From an uncultured bacterium (GTDB lineage: Bacteria > Planctomycetota > SZUA-567 > JAKLDR01), in assembly GCA_965370045.1 (NCBI GenBank), contig CBDUSI010000004.1, forward strand, positions 4,787-68,786: a stretch of 64,000 nucleotides of DNA. The letters run 5' to 3'. Position 1 is the stretch's first letter. Each line of letters opens with the position of its first letter. Shown piece by piece: positions 36,522-44,416 of this stretch. Made by a program: the position numbers and the translations under genes. Below the pieces are notes generated by a model. The model was not told where the DNA came from. It was given only the letters and a program-made list of their open reading frames with translations, and searched no databases.

Positions 36522-37239
36522 ACGTCGCCTTGACCAGCAGCCTGATCCCCAGGAGCACCAGCAGCACCAGCATTATCTTGCGGAAGAGCTTGGGATTTAT
36601 GTACCTGTCCAGCAGCAGGCCGGCAGTGATCCCCACGGCCAGCCCGGGCAGCGAGGCCAGGTAGCCCTTGAAGACCTGCGCGGTGAGGTTCCCGTAAATC
36701 GCGTGGGTTATCAATATGACCACGTTGCAGGCCGAGAAAAACCCCTGGAGGTTGGCCTTGAACTCCTCGCGGTCCCACTTGCGGCAGCTCCCGTAGACGA
36801 TTACCGGGGGTCCGTTGGTCGAATAAGCCCCGCCGAGCAGCCCGGCGAGGAAGCCCGCGCCGTACGCCCAGGCGTTGTGCTTGAGCTCGGGCATCTTCGG
36901 CTGCGCCAGGGCGTAAAGGGCGTAGGCCACCAGCACGGCGCCCAGCAGCCCCAAGACCACGTTCTCGTTCATGCGCCTCAGGCCGTAGACGCCGATGGGG
37001 ATGCCGATGAAGGCGGTCAGCGCCAGGCGCCACATCGCGCCCAGCCGCAGGGAGCGCCGGTAGCGAATCAGGAGCACTATCTGCATGGTCCCGGAGGCCA
37101 GGGCCATGAGCGGCGCGGCCTCCCGCGGGCCAACTATGGTCAGCAGGAAGGGCATGGCCACCAGCGCGGAACCGAAGCCGGAGAGGCTCTGCGCAAACGA
37201 ACCGGCCAGCAGGACCAGGGCGATCAGCACGTACTCCAT
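36511..37239 (-). CDS. TauE/SafE sulfite-exporter family membrane protein
   Basis: FAQSLSGFGSALV, GFLAGLLGGAYSTNGPPVI. About 8 TM helices. Confidence 0.88.
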   Translation of the reverse strand: MEYVLIALVLLAGSFAQSLSGFGSALVAMPFLLTIVGPREAAPLMALASGTMQIVLLIRYRRSLRLGAMWRLALTAFIGIPIGVYGLRRMNENVVLGLLGAVLVAYALYALAQPKMPELKHNAWAYGAGFLAGLLGGAYSTNGPPVIVYGSCRKWDREEFKANLQGFFSACNVVILITHAIYGNLTAQVFKGYLASLPGLAVGITAGLLLDRYINPKLFRKIMLVLLVLLGIRLLVKATWGV

Positions 37240-37435
37240 GGGGCCGGGATTCTAGCCGCCGCCGGGCCGCGCGGCAAGCGTGCCGACTGCGCGACGCGCT
37301 CGGCGACCTGGCCGGCGACGAGGATATCCGCATCACCATCGGCAAGTCGGTATAGAGCAGCGCGTTGCTCCTCGAATCGGAACTCCCTGGATCAGAACGT
37401 CCCGCCGTTCTTGACCCACGACTGGGGCCCGCGCC

Positions 37436-37711
37436 TCAGATTTCGCCTTTTCCGCGACCTTCCGGCGGGACAGGGGAGCTTGCTTCGTGGCGGGCCTGCT
37501 CTTCACGCAGCAGCGTGACCAGTTTCTTGAGACGCCAGGCAATCAGCGCGAGCACTCCAAGCACCAGCACCAGCAGAAGCAGGGCGCCGGTCGGAAAGGC
37601 GCGCTCGCGGGGATAGGCCGCCGCCGGGGGCGCCCCGAAGGCATCGGAGCGATACCGTGCCGTGATCGCTCCGCTGGCGTCCGCCCCGGCCGCCTTCGGA
37701 CAACAGATCAC
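37436..37711 (-). CDS. Small membrane protein or C-terminal gene remnant
   Basis: GTGA overlap with the upstream gene. One TM helix (GALLLLVLVLGVLALIAW) followed by RLKK. Confidence 0.35.
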   Translation of the reverse strand: MICCPKAAGADASGAITARYRSDAFGAPPAAAYPRERAFPTGALLLLVLVLGVLALIAWRLKKLVTLLREEQARHEASSPVPPEGRGKGEI

Positions 37712-40227
37712 TCCCAGGTGATCTCAGTCCAGCCTACCCAACTAGGGGATTTTCTGGTGGTTACCCGAACCGCCGCCACCTTTTCCAGCGGAGGGTCAAA
37801 CTTGGCCCGCAACACGACACCGCTTTTGGTCGGACCAGTGAAGGTATGCACGATCTTCTCCGACCCGTCGATGAAGGTGGCCTTTACCTCGTGGATGGTG
37901 TTCCCCGCTGGCTTCTGGCTGACGGTGAGGGCCAGTCCCTTCACCAGGCTGGGTTTCTTGAAGCGAAACTCGATCCAGGCCGGCGGAAGACTTCCCGCGT
38001 TCCAGCCCGTGTGGGGATCGCCGTCGAAAGCGTCTTTCGGGGAACTCAGGGCACTGATGCCACTCGCCTTGACCTCCTTGAGTCCCAGGGCCTTCATGGG
38101 ATCTCGCATGCCCTCTTGAACCAGAATCAACTGAGCGGCCGCGGCGGCCTTCTTGGGGTCATACTTCTCGGGATTCCAGGTGTACATGGCAACGGTGAGG
38201 AGAGTGAACTCGGCATTGCGAGTGGCTTTCCCCCAACGGGTCTCCGCCTTGTTGAGGTTGGCGACGTAGCCTGCAACCTCCTTGTACAACTTGGCTTCCC
38301 GGCCCGAGAGAGGCTGGCGTTTGTTCGCGAAGCGGATGGGGTCATTGTCCCAGAAAAAGGGCTTGCGGCCCGCGGCCTCCCCGCACTTCTTCGCTCCCTC
38401 CGCGGTTACCTTCGGCGAGAATACGCCGCCATCCCCTGTCCAGAACAAAGGCACGTCCCGAGGGAGCTTGGCCTTCACTACCCCAAAGTAGCTCTGCCCG
38501 GCCTCCTTGCTGCAGAAACGGAATCCTTTCTCCGGCAGCCCCCCGTAGGGAATGGGGCACATTATCAGCCGCACGTTCGGATCCAGCTTCCGTAGATACC
38601 GATATACGGCTGCGGTTGCGCCAGCATGTATGTTGGCCGCGGATCGACCCTGCTCTGCGGTCTTGAGACTGGAATCGTCGAAGTTCACAGTGAAGCTCCT
38701 GAAACCCAGCCGGTAGCGCTCATCGTAGTATTTCAAGAGCTTCTCGCGCGAGAGTTTCGACAAAACATCCTTGCGGCCCAGGTGGGCACAATATTCGATG
38801 TGATGGGCTTTGCAGAACTTCTGGACCGCCTTCATCTGCCTCACCACCTTCTCATGGAGACTATCACGGGCGCCCTCTCCCTGGAAGTAGTTGAGCTTGA
38901 AACGCGAGGCCAAGCTGAGCACCCGCAGGACCGACTCGGTCCTGTCGAAGAATATCAGCCCCCGGCGCTTGAAGGCCGGCCAATCCTTGATCTTGACCGC
39001 GCGGACGCGCACTCCGGACCGGTCCTTCAGAGCAAGCTGCCGCAGCGACTGGAGCGCGTAGAACGCCCCGGCCTCGTCGCCGCCAGTGATTTCGATCACC
39101 GCGCCGTTTGTGGCCTTGGAGATGGAGAGCTTGTAGCCCTGCGGACCATTCGCCTCGGATCGCTTGGCGGCCTCCAGGGCCGACCCATGCCGGATCTTGA
39201 TCGTGGAGTAATTCCGGGCCCGCTGCCTGGAAACCACCTTGACGCCCCATTCCCCGGCCACCTTCCCAAGAGTGACCGCCAACCTCTCCGAGGCAGGCCC
39301 AATCAGGACGATCTCCTTGCCGAGCGGCACAAGCTCACTCCCGTAGTGAGCATTCTGCGGCTCGGGAAAGACATGGGGAAGGATGGCTGGCCCTGCGGCT
39401 GGCTTTTTCTCCTTCTCCGCCGCCCAGATGGCCTGCACGGTCGCGGGCACGCCCGCCGAGACCACCACCGCCGCGCCGATCAGCGCCGCGGCTATCTTCA
39501 CTTTCGCCCAGAACATCATTTTTAGTGCTCCTTCCGCCAGGGCCGGAACGCCCGTTCCCGTCGCCCCGGCTGCGGCACCCGCCGCGGCTATCTTCGAGGC
39601 GACCGCCAGGGACGGAAGGAGCGTTGCGGGCACGGCCCCCTGGGCCTCACCCTCCAGCAGCCCGACCAGCATCACCCCACTGAGCACCGAGCCCCGCCCG
39701 GCCAGCCGCTGGCGCAGCCGCTCCAGTCCCCGGCTGGCCCGCTTGGAAAGCGTGCCCTGCGGGCAGCCGGCCAGCCGCGCGGCCTCCTCCTGGCTGCGGT
39801 CCTCCAGGTAGCGGAGGATGACCGCTTGGCGCTGGGGAGCAGGCAGGGAGCCCAGCTCCTGATCGAGCCACTCTAGGGCTCGGTCGCCCTCCGGGCCGAC
39901 CGCCCCCTGCTGCTCGCGGGCCTGAACCATGGCCGCCTCCTTCTCGCGCTTGGCGCGCCTCGACCGAGCCTGGAGAGAGCGCAGCGAGACGTTCCGGGCG
40001 ACGCTGTGCAGCCATGCCGCCAGGTTGACCTCGCGCCGCAGGGAGCGCGCCTTCCGCGCCAGAACCACGAAAACCGCCTGGGAGGCGTCCTCGGCTTCGT
40101 GGGAGTCAGACAGCATGCGCATGCAGATGCGATAGACCATGACCCCGTGCCGGCGAGTCAGCTCGGCAAAGGCGTCCTCGTCTCGCGTGGCCGCGTAGGC
40201 GGCCACCAGCTTCGCATCTGTACGCAT
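37708..40227 (-). CDS. ECF sigma factor fused to TM, GH20b, GH84-like barrel and discoidin (F5/8-type) domains
   Basis: sigma2 DEDAFAELTRRHGVMVYRIC...EAEDASQAVF, sigma4 LPAPQRQAVILRYLE...GTLSKRASRGLERLR. TM near 39420-39500. GH20b FPEPQ...GYKLSI...GAFYALQSL...DWPAFKRRG. GH84-like FDD, CPIPYGG, FWTGDG, FFWDND. Discoidin-like AFDGDPHTGW. Confidence 0.85.
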   Translation of the reverse strand: MRTDAKLVAAYAATRDEDAFAELTRRHGVMVYRICMRMLSDSHEAEDASQAVFVVLARKARSLRREVNLAAWLHSVARNVSLRSLQARSRRAKREKEAAMVQAREQQGAVGPEGDRALEWLDQELGSLPAPQRQAVILRYLEDRSQEEAARLAGCPQGTLSKRASRGLERLRQRLAGRGSVLSGVMLVGLLEGEAQGAVPATLLPSLAVASKIAAAGAAAGATGTGVPALAEGALKMMFWAKVKIAAALIGAAVVVSAGVPATVQAIWAAEKEKKPAAGPAILPHVFPEPQNAHYGSELVPLGKEIVLIGPASERLAVTLGKVAGEWGVKVVSRQRARNYSTIKIRHGSALEAAKRSEANGPQGYKLSISKATNGAVIEITGGDEAGAFYALQSLRQLALKDRSGVRVRAVKIKDWPAFKRRGLIFFDRTESVLRVLSLASRFKLNYFQGEGARDSLHEKVVRQMKAVQKFCKAHHIEYCAHLGRKDVLSKLSREKLLKYYDERYRLGFRSFTVNFDDSSLKTAEQGRSAANIHAGATAAVYRYLRKLDPNVRLIMCPIPYGGLPEKGFRFCSKEAGQSYFGVVKAKLPRDVPLFWTGDGGVFSPKVTAEGAKKCGEAAGRKPFFWDNDPIRFANKRQPLSGREAKLYKEVAGYVANLNKAETRWGKATRNAEFTLLTVAMYTWNPEKYDPKKAAAAAQLILVQEGMRDPMKALGLKEVKASGISALSSPKDAFDGDPHTGWNAGSLPPAWIEFRFKKPSLVKGLALTVSQKPAGNTIHEVKATFIDGSEKIVHTFTGPTKSGVVLRAKFDPPLEKVAAVRVTTRKSPSWVGWTEITWE

Positions 40228-40467
40228 GACCCTTCCAAGCCTACCGGATGCTCTTTCCGTCTACAAGGTGTTCCGCGCGCGGTCCGGATTTGCGCCCCTT
40301 TTTCCGGGAAAACCGCGCCCGGCAAATACGTTTGAATTTGATTGAGCGCCGTGGGCGCTTCGAATCGGCCCCAGCGACAAAATGAGGAGGTCAGATGTCG
40401 GTGACATATTAGCGCCGCATACATTACCGATTCGATACGATATGTGAAGCCCTGTAGCCCGTTGCGT

Positions 40468-40495
40468 TTGATTGTGGAGTAGGACAGTATAGAAT
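40468..40495 (+). promoter_or_regulatory. Putative sigma70 promoter of the homocysteine module
   Basis: TTGATT-16 nt-TAGAAT, with SD AAGGAGG downstream. Confidence 0.45.
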
Positions 40496-40531
40496 CGCGT
40501 CCACTGTACCGGCTAAGGAGGAAGCGCAGTC

Positions 40532-41746
40532 ATGGCCAAGACCATTGCGGAGATCAACGAGCGCATCAAGAGCGGCAAGGCGGTGGTGGTCACCGGCGCG
40601 GAGATGGTGGACATCGTCAAGAAGGACGGCACCGCGAAGGCCGCCGAGAAGATCGACGTGGTCACCACCGGGACCTTCGGTCCGATGTGCTCCAGCGGGG
40701 CCTACTTCAACTTCGGGCACGCCACCCCTCGCTGCAAGATGCAGAAGGTCTGGCTCAACGACGTGCAGGCCCACGCGGGCCTGGCCGCGGTCGACGTCTA
40801 CCTGGGATGCACCGAGCTGCAGGAAGGCGACCCGACCAACAGCCGCTATCCCGGGGACTTCCCCTACGGCGGGGCCCACGTAATCCACGACCTGGTCGCC
40901 GGCAAGGAGGTCCACCTGCGCGCCACCGCCCACGGGACCGACTGCTACCCCAACAAGGAGGTCGATACCTGGGTGAAGCTCGAAGACCTCAACGAGGCGG
41001 TGCTGTTCAACCCGCGCAACTGCTACCAGAACTACGCGGTCTCCGTGAACGCGTCTGACAAGTCAATCTGCACTTACATGGGCCAGCTCAAGCCCAAGTT
41101 GGGCAACGCCTACTACTGCTCGGCGGGGCAGCTCTCGCCGCTCTTGAACGATCCCTTCTACCGCACGCTGGGGCTGGGCACCCGCATCTGGCTGGGCGGG
41201 GGAGTGGGCTACATCGTCTGGCAGGGCACCCAGCACAACCCCGGCGTGCCCCGCGACGAGAACGGCATCCCCAAGGGCCCGGCGGGGACCATCGCGGTGA
41301 TGGGCGACCTCAAGCAGATGAAGCCCCAGTGGCTGGTGGGCGCCAGCGTCCGGGGCTACGGGGTTTCAATGGCCGTGGGTATCGGCGCGGCCATTCCCAT
41401 TCTCGACGAGGAACTGGCGCGCACCACCGGCCTGGGCGACGCGGACCTCCGCGCTCCGGTCGTCGAGTACTCGGAGTGCTACCCCTACGGCAAGCCGCAG
41501 CCCTACGGCTCGGCCAGCTACGCGCAGCTCAAGACCGGAGAGATCGAGGTCGATGGCAAGGCCGTGCCGGTGAGCTCGCTGAGCAGCTACCCCAAAGCGG
41601 TCGAGATCGCCAACGAGCTCAAGGAGTGGGTCGAGAAGGGCGAGTTCACTCTGGTCGAGCCGGTCTTCACGCTGCCGGGACCGGACAGCGGCGCCAAGTT
41701 CAAACCCCTGCCGCAGCGTGGGCCCAGCGGCTTGCAGGAGGGCTAG
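40532..41746 (+). CDS. Homocysteine biosynthesis protein (DUF39 / MA1821-like, aspartate-semialdehyde sulfurtransferase)
   Basis: KTIAEINERIKSGKAVVVT, VDVVTTGTFGPMCSSGA, AHGTDCYP, NPRNCYQNY, YCSAGQLSPLLNDP. Confidence 0.9.
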   Translation: MAKTIAEINERIKSGKAVVVTGAEMVDIVKKDGTAKAAEKIDVVTTGTFGPMCSSGAYFNFGHATPRCKMQKVWLNDVQAHAGLAAVDVYLGCTELQEGDPTNSRYPGDFPYGGAHVIHDLVAGKEVHLRATAHGTDCYPNKEVDTWVKLEDLNEAVLFNPRNCYQNYAVSVNASDKSICTYMGQLKPKLGNAYYCSAGQLSPLLNDPFYRTLGLGTRIWLGGGVGYIVWQGTQHNPGVPRDENGIPKGPAGTIAVMGDLKQMKPQWLVGASVRGYGVSMAVGIGAAIPILDEELARTTGLGDADLRAPVVEYSECYPYGKPQPYGSASYAQLKTGEIEVDGKAVPVSSLSSYPKAVEIANELKEWVEKGEFTLVEPVFTLPGPDSGAKFKPLPQRGPSGLQEG

Positions 41747-41748
41747 AG

Positions 41749-42159
41749 ATGCGCACCAAGCGATTCGTGATGACCTTCCCGCCGGAGGAGGTCGAGCGCC
41801 CCTACATGTACAGGCTGGTCAAGGAATTCGACCTCATGCCCAACATCCTGCGGGCGACCATCAGCCCCCAGGACGTGGGCCACATGGTGTTGGAACTGGG
41901 CGGCAAGGGCCCGGCCATCGACAAGGGCCTGGAGTTCCTCAGGACCCAGGGCATCAGGATCGAGCCGCTGGGCCAGGACATCAAGATGAACGAGGAGAAG
42001 TGCATCCAGTGCGGCTGCTGCGCCGGCTTCTGCCCCACGGGCGCGCTGCGCCAGGAGAGGCCCAGCATGAAAGTGGTCTTCGAGGAAGACAAGTGCGTGG
42101 CCTGCGAGCTGTGCCTGACGGCCTGCCCCACGCGCGCCATGGAGGGCCACTTCGAGTAG
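41749..42159 (+). CDS. NIL domain plus 2[4Fe-4S] ferredoxin (MA1822-like)
   Basis: NIL motif PNILRATI, CIQCGCCAGFCP and CVACELCLTACP. Confidence 0.9.
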   Translation: MRTKRFVMTFPPEEVERPYMYRLVKEFDLMPNILRATISPQDVGHMVLELGGKGPAIDKGLEFLRTQGIRIEPLGQDIKMNEEKCIQCGCCAGFCPTGALRQERPSMKVVFEEDKCVACELCLTACPTRAMEGHFE

Positions 42160-42173
42160 CCGACGGGAGAATC

Positions 42174-42287
42174 AACCACCAAGACACCAAGACACCAAGG
42201 GCACAAAACCAGTTTTCAGTTCTCGGTTTTCAGTTTTCGGGACTACTGAACACCGAACACTCGTCTTCTTGGTGCCTTGGTGGTGAA
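42174..42287. repeat. Nested palindromic (REP-like) element between convergent genes
   Basis: Outer arms AACCACCAAGACACCAAGACACCAAG (42174-42199) and CTTGGTGCCTTGGTGGTGAA (42268-42287). Inner arms are CAGTTTT-type repeats (42210-42238) and ACTGAACACCGAACACT. Confidence 0.85.
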
Positions 42288-42297
42288 GAATCCGGCG

Positions 42298-42891
42298 CTA
42301 GAAGTTCTCGACCATTTCCTTCTCTTTCTTGGGGTCCTTCTTGGGCGCTTTGGGTTTGTCTTCGCCGCGCGGCCGGCGGGGGCGCCGCACGCGGGTGACC
42401 TCCCACTCGACCTCGCCCGACTTGAGCTTGCCGCTCCAGAGCTTGAGGCCGGGCAGGACCTCGCCGTCGCCGGGCTTCACCTCGACGGTGGCCCAGACGG
42501 TGTACTTGCCCTTGGCCGGGAAGTTCACGGTCCGGGTGCGGCAGTTGATCTCCACGCTCTGGCCGGTCTTGAGCACGGTGATCGTGGCGCCCTTCTCCCC
42601 GTCCTTCTTCTTCTCGGCGGCGGGGGCTTCGCGCTCGGGAACCGCCTTGCCCTCGGCGTCCTTGGCGTGGAGCTTGACCTCCAGCGGGGCGGGCAGCAGG
42701 ACGGTCTTCTTGCCCTCGTTTTTCACGGTAAGAATGAGCGCGTCAACGGTCCGCTCGCGACCGCGCCACCTCCGCTTAACCTTCTTCTTGGCCAGCGTGG
42801 CGGTGAGCCCCTTGGGCTTGGCGTCCTCGCCGGCCGAGGCGGTCGCCAGGGCGACCAGCACCAGCGCCGCCAGTGTCGTGGCTAATCTCAT
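42298..42891 (-). CDS. Secreted hypothetical protein (Ig-like beta-sandwich)
   Basis: ATG 42891 after AGGAGGGG, signal peptide, beta-strand pattern with FPAKGKYTVWAT. Confidence 0.7.
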   Translation of the reverse strand: MRLATTLAALVLVALATASAGEDAKPKGLTATLAKKKVKRRWRGRERTVDALILTVKNEGKKTVLLPAPLEVKLHAKDAEGKAVPEREAPAAEKKKDGEKGATITVLKTGQSVEINCRTRTVNFPAKGKYTVWATVEVKPGDGEVLPGLKLWSGKLKSGEVEWEVTRVRRPRRPRGEDKPKAPKKDPKKEKEMVENF

Positions 42892-43033
42892 ACTTCCCCT
42901 CCTGATCATCAAGGCCGTGCCCCCGGCATCCGTAATCATATATCATACAGGTGAGGCCCCCGGAGGGGCAAGGGAAAAGAGGGGGACCAAACGCGGATGC
43001 GCTTGGAGCGGAGAAAGGTCTGGGCGGTTTCGC

Positions 43034-43900
43034 TCAGCGCCCCGGCGCGGTGTGGCCCAGGGCGTCGTCGCCGGCCTTGATGGGCTCCTTGCGCTCGACT
43101 ATGGTCGCGCCCGCGAAGCTCTCCCACACGGTGGTGATCCGCACCTTGCCGATGTAGCGGTCGTTGCGATGAATGAGGAATATGGAGCCCTTCTTCACGC
43201 CGCTGTCCGTGCCCGCGCCCAGGGCCACATGGCCGGTCTTGGGCCGCACGGCGACCACCTTGGTGCGGATGTCCGGAATGCGCCCCATCTGGCGAACCTT
43301 GGGATACAGCTTCTTGAGCCGGTTAATCTTGCGGTTCAGCTCCGCGGCCCGGGCGCGCTGCTTGTCGGCCTCGGCCTTCTTGCCCTTCTTCTCCAGCTCC
43401 GCGGCGGCGGCGTTGGCCTTGTCGGCCAGGTCCCGGAGCCGGATGACCTCCTTGCGGATGAAGGCCCGGACCGCGTTGCCGGTCGTGCAGAGCTTCCTGA
43501 AGGCCTTGTCTTTCTCGATCTGGGCGATGGCCTTGCCGGCGCGGGCCACCACCTCGGCGTCCTTGCTCTTGAGCGCCGCGCGCAGCTGGGGCAGGGCCTT
43601 GAGCCCGAAGGTCAGGACCCTCTCCGAGGCGGCCTTGCGGACGCCGGAATCGTCGGAACCGAGCTCGGCGATGACCTTCGCGATGCGCTTCTTCTTCTCG
43701 GGAGTCGGCGGGGCCGTGTGCTTGAACCAGGCCTCGACGAGTTCCCGGAGACGTTTCGTGCGTTGCTCTGCGGGCGAGAGGTCGCGAGGGGGACGGGGCT
43801 TCACCCGCTTCTCGCCGGCGACTGCGGGAACAGAGAGGCAGAGGGTCAACAGCGCCAAGGCCGCCCTTATCAAGACAGGTCTCCCGAAAGGCCCTTCCAT
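43034..43900 (-). CDS. Secreted HEAT-repeat protein with coiled coil and a C-terminal beta domain (FlgT-C-like)
   Basis: Signal peptide, HEAT IAELGSDDSGVRKAASERV...LPQLRAALKSKDAEVVARA, C-terminal VALGAGTDSGVKKGSIFLIHR. Confidence 0.7.
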   Translation of the reverse strand: MEGPFGRPVLIRAALALLTLCLSVPAVAGEKRVKPRPPRDLSPAEQRTKRLRELVEAWFKHTAPPTPEKKKRIAKVIAELGSDDSGVRKAASERVLTFGLKALPQLRAALKSKDAEVVARAGKAIAQIEKDKAFRKLCTTGNAVRAFIRKEVIRLRDLADKANAAAAELEKKGKKAEADKQRARAAELNRKINRLKKLYPKVRQMGRIPDIRTKVVAVRPKTGHVALGAGTDSGVKKGSIFLIHRNDRYIGKVRITTVWESFAGATIVERKEPIKAGDDALGHTAPGR

Positions 43901-43950
43901 TTCTCTTCATTCAGTATGACCCAACTGAGCGGGGGAGTCAAGGATTACCT

Positions 43951-43988
43951 CAGTGTTCAGTGGCCAGAAAACCGACAACTGAAAACTG
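43951..43988. repeat. CAGTTTT-family inverted repeat
   Basis: CAGTGTTCAGT (43951-43961) pairs with ACTGAAAACTG (43978-43988). Confidence 0.7.
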
Positions 43989-44264
43989 TAGTCAAGTTAG
44001 CCCTCCCCCGAAAATCCCCGGAAATCTTCTCGCTGAAACCGCGCGGGTTAGATGTCTTCCTGCCTGCAAACGTGGCCATCCGGGGGCTAAGACCCCCTGT
44101 AGTAATGGACAGTGTCAGCGTTCTGAGGAGAGAGGAGTTTTCCTTCTTGGCCAAAAGTGCGAAAAATGAGAATTTCGGAGCCCGAGAATGCGCGACTTAC
44201 GGCCCGCGCCATCCCGTTTCGTGAACAGGTGCTCATAGTACTTATGAGGGGGTACCATGATTTA

Positions 44265-44291
44265 GGATTTCGGATTGCGGAGTTCGGATTT
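44265..44291. repeat. 7-nt-period CGGATT(T/G) repeat
   Basis: GGATTTCGGATTGCGGAGTTCGGATTT. A partial inverted partner AATCCGCA lies near 44383. Confidence 0.6.
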
Positions 44292-44416
44292 CCGTGGATC
44301 AGCGCAAAATGAGAATTGTATCTCGGTCATTCCGCGTCGCTTGCGGAAAGAAAGTGTGAGCCAGGAGCCGCGTATGGAGGAAAAATCCGCATAACTAATA
44401 GAGGGACTGCTTTTCT

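Noticed and set aside
37240-37435. Possible pseudogene fragment between the TauE gene and the small ORF
   Set aside because: One minus-strand frame looks protein-like but has no start and no recognisable family. The evidence is insufficient.
40228-40531. SAM riboswitch or tRNA upstream of the homocysteine genes
   Set aside because: No SAM-I/II core found. TTCGAATC at about 40359 lacks a cloverleaf context.
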